This document shows positions 17,210 through 26,103 of a stretch of 64,000 nucleotides of DNA, piece after piece (the stretch's first letter is position 1; every line of letters begins with the position of its first letter). Both the position numbers and the translations under genes were made by a program. Source of the DNA: an uncultured Desulfobacterales bacterium (GTDB lineage: Bacteria; Desulfobacterota; Dissulfuribacteria; Dissulfuribacterales; QOAL01). Under the pieces are notes generated by a model, which was not told where the DNA came from, did not search any database, and saw nothing but the letters and a program-made list of their open reading frames with translations. The stretch covers positions 75,647 to 139,646 of the forward strand of contig CAZNKP010000020.1 of assembly GCA_964573805.1 (NCBI GenBank). The letters run 5' to 3'.

Positions 17210-20200
17210 CTATCTGATCTTAAAAAATGTTGCATAGAGCACTGGCACAAACACCAATGTTAAGACCGTGGCAAAACCAAGGCCAAAGACAATGGTAACT
17301 GCCATGGATACAAAGAAGGCATCCTGGAACAGGGGAATCATCCCCATCATGGTTGTTAGCGCAGCCATCATAACAGGTTGCATCCTAGATACTCCAGATT
17401 CTATAATGGCCTCCATTCCTTTCATGCCAGATCTGATATTTATATCTATCTGATCAATAAGCACTAATGCGTTCTTTATGAGCATCCCTGAGAGACTCAT
17501 CAGGCCAAGGAGCGCCATGAAACCAAAGGGCTGTTTCAACAAAAGGAGACCTGCAGTTACGCCTATAAGGGCAAGGGGAACGGTGAGCCAGATAATCAGT
17601 GGTTGTCTGAAGGCATTGAACATAAAAATTACAATCAAGACCATCATTCCAAAGTATATAGGGATATTGGCCGCCAGCTGTTTTTGGGAATCTGATGAAT
17701 CCTCAAGTTCACCTCCCCACGCGATAAAATACCCCGGTTTGCCCTTGAGGGGTATTATGTCATCATATTTTATAGGGATGGTGGAAGCCGTCCACTTTTC
17801 GTCTTTCTCAAGAGGTTTTCCCCTGTAGGCAACAAGATCTACTCCGAGGGCCTGCTCGATTATTGGCTTTACTCTATTCATTAGTTCTGCAGGCAGCTCT
17901 TGGCGTGGATCCGCATGGATTTTGATCATCTGGCGCCTGTGCCATCTAGAGAGCCTCGCATTTTCCCATTTTGTCTCGATTCCGTTCAATACTTGTAATA
18001 TAGGCACATACTTATTGGCCATTGGACTGAAAAGTTGGATCTCGCTCAAATCTTCAATAGAGTCTCTTTCATCGTCAGGGGCACGGGCGATTATCGGAAG
18101 CAAGTTAACGCCTTCGCGGTAGACGCCTGTTGTCTTTCCAGAAAAGTTGGCCTCAATTGCTTGGGCCACCATTGGTCTAGTAATCCCCAGGGCCATAGCC
18201 CTGTCCTCTGCCAAAATTGGTACAGGAACCTTTACTTTTTCTCCCCACTCTGTTCTGACGGCCTTTGCATTTTCTTCCCTGAAAATCTCAATAGCCTTTT
18301 CCGCCAAGGCACGGAGCACTTCAGGATCGTCTCCATTTATTCTAAGTTGGATTTTTCCTCCATTGGCAGGTCCAAGATTGAATTTTTTGACATTTATCAC
18401 TGCATCCGGGAACATTCGTTCCAGATCTTTTTGAAACTTGGGCTGCATGGCGTCTATTTTTCTATAGTCGTCAACAGAGACCAGTATGCTTGCATATTGA
18501 TTAGCTGCCTCTACAGGTACGCCGTAGGTCAATAAAAAACGGGGATGTCCGCCTCCGATGGCTGATGCCACCTGGGTGATTCCCTCCTGTTTCATTAAAT
18601 ATTCTTCGATTTTTTTGACCTGTTTGGAAGTCTCCATTATATGAATTCCTTCCCTGAAAAAGCACTCTACCATAAATTGGGGCCTGGTTGATGCAGGGAA
18701 GAAGAGTTGTTTGACAAAACCGAAACCGTAAACAGACAAGGCGAAAAGACCAGCTACCACGGCAATGGTAATCCACCTGTGATTTATAGCCGTAAAGAGA
18801 AGTTTACGATAGATCTGATAAAACTTTCCGCCATATGCTCCTTCTGAGCCGCCCTTCATCTCCTTGTCCTTTTTGCTCATTATAAATTGTTTAGTTACAA
18901 GGGGAGTTGTCGTAACGGCAGTGATCCAAGAAAGAGACAGGGAAATAAGAATTACATAATAAAGGGACTGGCAATATTCTCCAGTAGAATTTGACATGCC
19001 TCCAATAGAAGCAAAGGCCATAATGGCTACTGCTGTAGCAGCAAGAAGCGGCATGGCATTTTGACCAACTATTTCCTTTGCCGCCTGGAGACCATCCATA
19101 CCTTGCTGCATCTTCACCTTCATGCCGTCAACAACCACTATGGCATTGTCTACCAGCATACCGAGGGCAATAATTAAAGCACCAAGGGATATGCGTTCCA
19201 AGGTTATGTGATAATAACCCATGACCACAAAGGTGGCAGCAATAGTCAGAATCAGGATGAAACCAATTATGATGCCTGAGCGGACTCCCATAAAAATGGC
19301 CAGGACAACTATAACAATGGCAACAGATTCAAGCAGGTTTATCACAAAGCCGTTTACAGCCTTGGTGACACTCTTGGACTGCATTGCAATCTCTACAAGT
19401 TCCATACCTACAGGGATTTGACTCTTTAACTCTTCAAGGCGCTTGAGCACAGCATTCCCCATTGTAACTGCGTTCCCGCCAAGAACAGTGGAAATGGCAA
19501 TACCTATACCCTCCTTGCCATCCACTCTTAGAATCTTGGAAGGTGGCTCCACATAGCCACGTTTTATTGTTGCAACATCCCTTAAATAGATGAGCCTGCC
19601 GTTTTTAGAGGCAAGAAATAGGTTGCCAAAGTCCTTTTCTGACTTGAACCCTCCTGTAGGATTTATTGCTAGGTATTGGGTGCCAAACTCGATACGCCCA
19701 GAATCTACAGCAAGGTTCTTAGCCCTAAGAGCATCAAAGATCTCCTGACGTGTAATGCCAAGAGCAGCCATTTTGGAACGGGATATCTCTACATAGATTG
19801 CTTCAGGGCGAACACCAAAAAGCTCGATCTTCTTTACATCCTGGACTACCAATAGTTCCCTTTGGAGAAGATCTGCTACCTCTTTCAGCTCTGCAAAGGT
19901 GTAGCCGTCACCCACAAGAGCAAAATAGACGCCAAAGACATCTCCAAAGGCGTCATTTACTGTAATGGGGCCAGCACCTGGAGGAAGCTCCTTTTCATGG
20001 TCTCCCATCCGTCTTCTAAGCTCATCCCATACTTGGGGCAGATCATTCTTCCGATATTTGTCTTTTATCTTTACATGGACAAGAGACATTCCCCGTGATG
20101 AATAAGACTCCACCCTTTTAAGTTGGCCCATTTCCTGGCAGGCCTTTTCAATTACTTCTGTTACCTCCTCCTGCACCTCTTTGGGTGAGGCACCAGGATA

Positions 20201-20350
20201 TGGGGTGAGAATTACTGCCTCTTTTATTGCAAACTCTGGATCTTCAAGGCGGGGAAGCCCCATGTAGGCGAAGTAGCCTAAAAAGAGCATAACCACTGTC
20301 AGTGTCCAGGTTATTACATTTTTCTTTATGGCAAATTCGGCAATGTTCAT
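17210..20350 (-). CDS. RND efflux transporter, AcrB/AcrD/AcrF (HAE) family inner-membrane permease
   Basis: 1046 aa with a 12-TM RND architecture and two large periplasmic loops. N-terminus MNIAEFAIKKNVITWTLTVVML is typical. Confidence 0.9.
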   Translation of the reverse strand: MNIAEFAIKKNVITWTLTVVMLFLGYFAYMGLPRLEDPEFAIKEAVILTPYPGASPKEVQEEVTEVIEKACQEMGQLKRVESYSSRGMSLVHVKIKDKYRKNDLPQVWDELRRRMGDHEKELPPGAGPITVNDAFGDVFGVYFALVGDGYTFAELKEVADLLQRELLVVQDVKKIELFGVRPEAIYVEISRSKMAALGITRQEIFDALRAKNLAVDSGRIEFGTQYLAINPTGGFKSEKDFGNLFLASKNGRLIYLRDVATIKRGYVEPPSKILRVDGKEGIGIAISTVLGGNAVTMGNAVLKRLEELKSQIPVGMELVEIAMQSKSVTKAVNGFVINLLESVAIVIVVLAIFMGVRSGIIIGFILILTIAATFVVMGYYHITLERISLGALIIALGMLVDNAIVVVDGMKVKMQQGMDGLQAAKEIVGQNAMPLLAATAVAIMAFASIGGMSNSTGEYCQSLYYVILISLSLSWITAVTTTPLVTKQFIMSKKDKEMKGGSEGAYGGKFYQIYRKLLFTAINHRWITIAVVAGLFALSVYGFGFVKQLFFPASTRPQFMVECFFREGIHIMETSKQVKKIEEYLMKQEGITQVASAIGGGHPRFLLTYGVPVEAANQYASILVSVDDYRKIDAMQPKFQKDLERMFPDAVINVKKFNLGPANGGKIQLRINGDDPEVLRALAEKAIEIFREENAKAVRTEWGEKVKVPVPILAEDRAMALGITRPMVAQAIEANFSGKTTGVYREGVNLLPIIARAPDDERDSIEDLSEIQLFSPMANKYVPILQVLNGIETKWENARLSRWHRRQMIKIHADPRQELPAELMNRVKPIIEQALGVDLVAYRGKPLEKDEKWTASTIPIKYDDIIPLKGKPGYFIAWGGELEDSSDSQKQLAANIPIYFGMMVLIVIFMFNAFRQPLIIWLTVPLALIGVTAGLLLLKQPFGFMALLGLMSLSGMLIKNALVLIDQIDINIRSGMKGMEAIIESGVSRMQPVMMAALTTMMGMIPLFQDAFFVSMAVTIVFGLGFATVLTLVFVPVLYATFFKIR

Positions 20351-20352
20351 GC

Positions 20353-21468
20353 TCAGATTTCCTCTCGCTGCTTCTCCCAGGGCCTGACCTTCATTCCCTC
20401 CTTCAGTTTTGTAACGCCAGCTATTACTATAATTTCTCCTGGTTTAAGCCCATCTGTGACCTTTATGCAGCAGGAATCTTTAAGGCTGCCCACTTTTACA
20501 AAACGTTTGTGCACCACCCCAGCATTTTTATCAAAGACCCAAAGATATGGCCGGTTGCCAGGAGCATCAAGCACGGCAAGGGCCGGAACTATAATCTCAA
20601 ATCCTTCAGGATTGCGGAAAGATGCCGTTACCGTTGCTGTCATACCGGGCAGGATCGCAGCCCCTTCTGGTTTGTTCATTTCGAAAACCACTTCGTAGGT
20701 CTGAGTGGCCGGATCTGCCTCTGTAGAATATTCTTTTATGGTAATTGGAAATTCCTTCCCTGGTATGGCTTGGAAAGATACAGAGACCCTATCTGCACTT
20801 CTTCCCTTAAGTGCAGCCATAATTAATTCTGGCACATTAATTATTATTTCCAGATGGGATATGTCTTGAAGAAAGGCTATAGGTTCTTTTGCCTTTACTT
20901 TATAAAAGTTTTCCACATATCTTTTGGCAATGACACCATCAAAGGGAGCTGTGAGGGTTGTATCACAAAGGGCATTTTTGGCATCTTCCAGTTTAGCTTT
21001 CGCAACGTCTCTTGCAGCAAGATAACGGTCGAAGTCTGCTTTTGACACCTGTCGTTTGGCATACAACTCTTGATATCGCCTGAATTGCTGTTCGGCTTCC
21101 CTGTAGCGAGCTAGCGCCTCTTTTACAGCTATGCGAAAATCTCTGGGATCTATTCGGGCTATAAGATCTCCTTTTTTCACAAATTGTCCTTCTTCAACAG
21201 GAAGCTCAACTAGCGGACCAGATACCTTAAATGAAAGAATCGCCCTTTTGCTTGCCCTGACTATTCCAGGAAAACCTTGGGTAAGAATTTGAGCCGTGTC
21301 CTTAACTTCCATGATTTTTACCGGTCTTATTATCTCTGGCTTTTGGGGAGGTTCCTCTTTCCCGCAACCGGGAATAAAAAGGAACAATACCAAAAAAACA
21401 GGCAATACTGAGGCCTTAGCGTATTTCCTCCAAATGAAATTTATAAGCCAATAAAATCTAATATCCAT
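20353..21468 (-). CDS. RND efflux periplasmic adaptor (membrane fusion protein, HlyD/AcrA family)
   Basis: 371 aa. Lipobox FIPGC, coiled-coil hairpin region and beta-barrel C-terminus. Lies 2 nt upstream of the RND pump. Confidence 0.85.
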   Translation of the reverse strand: MDIRFYWLINFIWRKYAKASVLPVFLVLFLFIPGCGKEEPPQKPEIIRPVKIMEVKDTAQILTQGFPGIVRASKRAILSFKVSGPLVELPVEEGQFVKKGDLIARIDPRDFRIAVKEALARYREAEQQFRRYQELYAKRQVSKADFDRYLAARDVAKAKLEDAKNALCDTTLTAPFDGVIAKRYVENFYKVKAKEPIAFLQDISHLEIIINVPELIMAALKGRSADRVSVSFQAIPGKEFPITIKEYSTEADPATQTYEVVFEMNKPEGAAILPGMTATVTASFRNPEGFEIIVPALAVLDAPGNRPYLWVFDKNAGVVHKRFVKVGSLKDSCCIKVTDGLKPGEIIVIAGVTKLKEGMKVRPWEKQREEI

Positions 21469-22160
21469 CGTTACCCCCCAAAAAGGTATAAGAAAATTGT
21501 TGTTGCGTCCCCAAACGGCCTAGAAAGACCAAACTAAGCAAACAGCATCTAAATCTGCATCGTTGTCACACAGAGCCGGAACTACAAATATCAGGAAAGA
21601 GCGCAATTGAGATGCAGGAAATGGTTGCGGAGCAAACAGGGCGCAATTAATCCTTTGAAATCTTGCCGTTGTTTCCTTTAAATAGCTATTGCTCAAACTG
21701 GATCTTCCCTATGAAAAAACATATTCTTCAGGGCTGATTGGTGCCTTACTCTATTATTGGCCAATAATCTTGTCAATAAAGGTATAACACTAAGCAAAGG
21801 TGTTTAGAAATTTTCTCCAAGTTGTTTATTCAAAAGATATAATGTTTCTGTAACAACAATTTTAATATATACAAAAAGCTGCATTATTTTTGTTGGCTCA
21901 TTGGTTATCTTTTAAACGTTATCAAATAAAGCCCTGCAATATTAATCGGTTAAAATAAAAGACTTCTTCTTTTAAACCTGGTTATTTTAAAATCCGATTA
22001 TTGGATGAGACCGCCTTTTGATCTGAAAAAATGCATGCAAGGACTGCCTTAATCTCTTGGGGATCTTGTAGGTGAACATTGCCTTCATTCCTTTAGGATC
22101 TTAGGCCTGCTGCTTTTCGAGGAGAGAAGGCAATAAAAATTTGTCAATAGAGGTGAGCTT

Positions 22161-22271
22161 ATGAAACTATTGAAAAATTGGAGATTAAGACCGTTGTTAC
22201 TTTGCCTGTCGGCTATATGGGCAGCCGGCCTCATTCTATTTGGGTTTTTTCCCCATTATGTCTATGTATAA
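22161..22271 (+). CDS. 36-codon ORF encoding a TM helix, probably the displaced N-terminus (TM1) of the downstream MCP
   Basis: ATG at 22161 is preceded by AGAGGTGAG at 5-nt spacing. Translation is [36 protein letters not shown]. It overlaps the open reading frame of the MCP in another frame across a T6C4 tract (22245-22254). Confidence 0.45.
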   Translation: MKLLKNWRLRPLLLCLSAIWAAGLILFGFFPHYVYV

Positions 22272-23763
22272 GATGGAAAATAAGTTTTTCTTTATTACCA
22301 ATAAAATTATGCCAATATCTATAGGCTTCGAAAACATTACTAAAGAGCTGCTTAATCAGTCCAATATTCTCCTATTCCAAAGTCAACATGAGCCGTTATC
22401 CCTTAGGAGGTCAATAAAAAAGACTGAGACAGAAATGAAACGGATAAACAATATCCTTTCTGGCGCAAAGGCCAGGGTCCGTAACGGTCACTTTCAGATA
22501 GGAGAACTTGAGACAAGCATAAAGGCATTTGAAACACTGTTTCAGAAATACAAAACCACTATTCTGGCACAAATTGGTTCTGGCCCCGGCGGCAGTTCTA
22601 GACAGACAGACCTTGAAATGCAAAAGCTTAAGGCCCTGTTTGCTGATCTTACCTCTCTCAACACAAAGATTTCCTTGGGTTTAAGAGGACTTAACAAACT
22701 TGCATGGGATATGATAAGTGATCATGTAAATAAGCAGAAGCAGGTCTTGGCAATAATTAGCGGGGTTGTTTTTGTGTTTGGGGCGTTTTTCAGCATGCTG
22801 GTTTTTAAAGGTATAACAGCCAAGCTTAAAGATACCCATGATGCTGTTTCAGCTATAGCGACAGGGGAAGCAGATCTCACAAAGCGCGTGACTGTTGATG
22901 GCAAGACCGAGGTGGATGAGATTGCCATCTTACTGAACAAGTTTATAGAGAGAATGCAGTGTTTAATAAGAGATGTAAAGGAATATGGTCTTCAGGTAAG
23001 CTCTGGAGCAAAGGAAATGGGTGAGCTAGCCACGTCCTTGGCCAGTACTGCAGTTGAAGGAAATGCCCAGTCAGAAGAGGTTGCAAAATGTGCAAATGAT
23101 ACCGGAGACCAAATGGCCTCTATTGCCGCGGCAATGGAGCAGATGACTGCAACTGTCGGAGAGATAGCCCATAGTACAGCGGTTACCAGTCAGAAGTCGG
23201 GAGAGGCCGTTGAAAAGACGAGGCAGGCCCAGGAATTGGTGGAAGAACTGTCAACAGCCTCTGCAAGGATAAATGAAATGAGTAGTCTCATAGGCAGCAT
23301 TGCAGAGCAGACCAACCTCCTTGCTCTGAATGCGACTATAGAGGCAGCAAGGGCTGGAGAGGCAGGCAAGGGTTTTGCCGTAGTTGCAGGTGAGGTTAAG
23401 GAGCTTGCCAAACAAACCGGTGAGGCTGTTCAGAAGATAGATGCTACTGTAGTAGAATTGACAGAGCATGTAGAGCGGGTAAGGTCTGTCACAGACGACA
23501 TAGTTGACTCTATTCAGGAAGTAAGCGAACTTGCCGATAATGTTGCTGTTGCAGTGGAAGAGCAAACCGCCACCACCAACGAGATAAGTCAAAACGCTCA
23601 AACAGTTTCTGCAAATACAGGGCTGCTTGTAAGCCAAAGCGAAGGGATCAAAGAGGCAAGTACACAGACTGCGGCTGGCTCTGAACAGGCAAGGATTTCT
23701 GCTGGAGATCTTACGCTTACAGCATCCAACTTAGAAAAGACCCTTCATGCCTTTACTGTTTAA
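22240..23763 (+). CDS. Methyl-accepting chemotaxis protein (helical sensor domain, TM, HAMP, MCP signalling domain), apparently 5'-frameshifted
   Basis: 507 aa. Highly conserved MCP hairpin tip ([37 protein letters not shown]). One TM ([21 protein letters not shown]) followed by a HAMP domain. Only TM2 is present in this frame. Confidence 0.85.
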   Translation: MGFFPIMSMYKMENKFFFITNKIMPISIGFENITKELLNQSNILLFQSQHEPLSLRRSIKKTETEMKRINNILSGAKARVRNGHFQIGELETSIKAFETLFQKYKTTILAQIGSGPGGSSRQTDLEMQKLKALFADLTSLNTKISLGLRGLNKLAWDMISDHVNKQKQVLAIISGVVFVFGAFFSMLVFKGITAKLKDTHDAVSAIATGEADLTKRVTVDGKTEVDEIAILLNKFIERMQCLIRDVKEYGLQVSSGAKEMGELATSLASTAVEGNAQSEEVAKCANDTGDQMASIAAAMEQMTATVGEIAHSTAVTSQKSGEAVEKTRQAQELVEELSTASARINEMSSLIGSIAEQTNLLALNATIEAARAGEAGKGFAVVAGEVKELAKQTGEAVQKIDATVVELTEHVERVRSVTDDIVDSIQEVSELADNVAVAVEEQTATTNEISQNAQTVSANTGLLVSQSEGIKEASTQTAAGSEQARISAGDLTLTASNLEKTLHAFTV

Positions 23764-23770
23764 TATTAGG

Positions 23771-23812
23771 GGGCTACCTCTAAAATGTAATCCTGATTTT
23801 TAGAGGTAGCCC
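23771..23812. terminator. Strong hairpin between convergent genes (bidirectional intrinsic terminator)
   Basis: GGGCTACCTCTAAAA (23771-23785) pairs perfectly with TTTTAGAGGTAGCCC (23798-23812). A/T runs flank both arms. Located between the MCP stop (23763) and the ydbL-like stop (23829). Confidence 0.7.
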
Positions 23813-23828
23813 AAAAACTTTGGCTAGA

Positions 23829-24401
23829 TTATTTTCTTATCCATTTTCCAGGCTTCTTTTCTATAAAAGTACCCTTTGGGGCCGTATTTTGCCACTGTTG
23901 GGCGAAAATGGCCTGCACCCTTGCCAGCTGTGACGATGGAATGTTCAATGCTTGGGCAACGGCATTGTAAAGGGCCATTCTATCGCTGTTTTCTGCGTCT
24001 ATAAGTTTTTTTAAGTTTGCCTTCTCTTTCAGGCCAAGTCCAGAAAGGCTTCTGATGGTAAGAAGACCGTTTAGCCCTTCACCTATCAGTCCCTTTGCCA
24101 TATAAGGAGCAAGGGCGGGGAAGCGTTTTTTCATCCTTTCTTTAAGTTGACGTATGGTTGCATTTGATACGGTAAGCTCACTAGCTGCATGCGCCTCTGA
24201 AACAGAAAAGAACCAGGATGTAGGAGATGGTGTTGCCGGCTGCCCGTCCTGTTTAGGTTGTTGTTCTCGCACGTCTTTAACTATGTCTTCTGCAGCCTTT
24301 CTTACCTCAGCAGCTGGAAAATAGATATTTACAGTTACACATGCTGTCAAAAACAATAAAAGCATAGGCACCAAAAGTCCCCGGTTTTTTGTTACTGTCA
24401 T
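23829..24401 (-). CDS. YdbL-like DUF1318 lipoprotein
   Basis: 190 aa with lipobox LFLTAC. The C-terminal ~100 aa match the DUF1318 pattern by eye (GLIGEGLNGLL...LIDAENSDRMALYNAVAQALNIP...FIEKKPGKWIRK). Confidence 0.75.
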   Translation of the reverse strand: MTVTKNRGLLVPMLLLFLTACVTVNIYFPAAEVRKAAEDIVKDVREQQPKQDGQPATPSPTSWFFSVSEAHAASELTVSNATIRQLKERMKKRFPALAPYMAKGLIGEGLNGLLTIRSLSGLGLKEKANLKKLIDAENSDRMALYNAVAQALNIPSSQLARVQAIFAQQWQNTAPKGTFIEKKPGKWIRK

Positions 24402-24402
24402 A

Positions 24403-26103
24403 TTATTTCACCTCCACTTTACTTTGACCGGACTCGCTGATCCTTTTGAGTCTATCAAGCATGTCCCTGAAACTTATCCTACCGTTGGGATTCATATTAA
24501 TAACATTAACGCCACCCCAAAAGCCCCTTTTTACCAAATATTCCTTTCCTCCACTTTTATAGAGACCATGGAGTTCAAATACATCGTTTTTGAGCCTGCA
24601 GGATATTCCTATACGACTGTAAGAGAATTCTTTAAAAAGTCCGCCAAGAAATGATACAGAACCTCCTCCTCCTCCAAGTATAGAGAGATTCTCAATGGCT
24701 TTGATGCTGATTTTTTTGGGTTCTTTAGAAGATTGATCAGTCTCTATCTGCAAGTCAAAGGCCTCTGGTTGTCCTCCGCTCATGATCAGCCCTTTTATCC
24801 ATCCATTAATTTTGCCAGTAACTAGACCAAAAGAAGTGTCTTTGCTAAACTCTTTAAGATCAATATGGGAGAAGCTTATATCAGCGCCCCATCGCGGGAT
24901 GGCTGCATAGGGCTCAATCCAGATATTGGTTATCTCAATTTCACCTTTTGCGACTTCTATGTCAATTTTTCCTTTAAATAAAAGCCGATCTTTTTCAAAA
25001 TTTGCCTTTGGTAAGGTGCCGTTTACCACTATTTCAAGAGGAACGTTATTTAAGAGCTCGTTAACTTTTAGATTGTTAATTTTGATATTTTTTAGAACCA
25101 ATGTTCCACGTGAAAATAGAAATTGGGCCTCTTCCATTGATATGATACCAGAGCCAAGACTTAACCTTAGAGTCCCAAGATGGAGACTTTTGTGACAAAG
25201 GGTCACAGGAAGACTCGTTCCGAGTATGGCCATGCTAGCATGTTTTTTGAATATTCCTCTGGGAATTAGCGGAGCAAGATAAACTTCCTGCCACATCAAG
25301 GTTCCTTTGTCGCACCTTGTATCAGAAAGAGGATAGGAAAGATGTGCCTCAAGCCCCTTTATCAGCCTTTTCTCTTTGTAGAAAATATCACTGGTAAGCC
25401 TAAGCAAGATGCTTGTTGACTTGCCCTGTAATAGAAGTCTGCCATTGGGTCTGAAGTCTTTAACTATAGGCCGAGAATCAGAAAAGGCATCCCTTATAAA
25501 GATATTATAAGTACGTTCGATATTTGCATCCAACTGCCAATTTGCTTTTATAAGACGGTTTAAAAAAACGTTTCCCTTGTTTGCATTTTTGGGCAAGGCC
25601 AGCCTCTTAATCTTTAGAGAGAAAGGGCCGTACAATCTGAAATCTTTGATGAAAATTTGACGGTCAGTAACTTTGCCTTCTGCCTTAAGGCTCCCTTTTA
25701 CTTCAGAAAGATCAAGAAACCATGGAAAGATAAGCACTTGGCCTCTAGGCCAAGCAGCCTTGACCTGCCAGGAAAAAGAAGGATTCTTGCCAGATAGGTC
25801 ACCTTCCAAGTCGAAATTCAAAAGGATATCTAGCCCTTCAAAGGCATGGTCTATATCTTTTGAGCCTGCCAGATCTGTTAGATTAAACCTTCCCTTTATG
25901 CACAGTATCTCTCCATCACTAGCTCTTGATACCGAAACGCCTGGCAAGGATAAGGCCAGCCCACTTATTTGATGGGCTGCTAAAGGGTAGGCATGGATTA
26001 TTTTGGGACACAGCATAAATAACAATAGCCCTAGACCTAGCCAGAGGCAGCGATACGGGTATACCTGTCTATTAGGTGTATTCAGATATCTTTTTCTTTC
26101 CAT
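24403..26103 (-). CDS. YdbH-like (AsmA-like superfamily) envelope protein
   Basis: 566 aa. N-terminal signal/anchor (CLWLGLGLLLFMLCPKIIHA) and a beta-rich repetitive body. The call rests mainly on synteny with the DUF1318 gene 1 nt downstream, as in the E. coli ydbH-ynbE-ydbL operon. Confidence 0.5.
   Translation of the reverse strand: MERKRYLNTPNRQVYPYRCLWLGLGLLLFMLCPKIIHAYPLAAHQISGLALSLPGVSVSRASDGEILCIKGRFNLTDLAGSKDIDHAFEGLDILLNFDLEGDLSGKNPSFSWQVKAAWPRGQVLIFPWFLDLSEVKGSLKAEGKVTDRQIFIKDFRLYGPFSLKIKRLALPKNANKGNVFLNRLIKANWQLDANIERTYNIFIRDAFSDSRPIVKDFRPNGRLLLQGKSTSILLRLTSDIFYKEKRLIKGLEAHLSYPLSDTRCDKGTLMWQEVYLAPLIPRGIFKKHASMAILGTSLPVTLCHKSLHLGTLRLSLGSGIISMEEAQFLFSRGTLVLKNIKINNLKVNELLNNVPLEIVVNGTLPKANFEKDRLLFKGKIDIEVAKGEIEITNIWIEPYAAIPRWGADISFSHIDLKEFSKDTSFGLVTGKINGWIKGLIMSGGQPEAFDLQIETDQSSKEPKKISIKAIENLSILGGGGGSVSFLGGLFKEFSYSRIGISCRLKNDVFELHGLYKSGGKEYLVKRGFWGGVNVINMNPNGRISFRDMLDRLKRISESGQSKVEVK

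Noticed and set aside
21758-21774. TGGCCAATAATCTTGTC as a possible sigma-54 promoter in the RND/MCP intergenic region
   Set aside because: The spacing is off by one and the -12 element reads TTGT rather than TTGC. This is too weak without an enhancer-binding-protein context.
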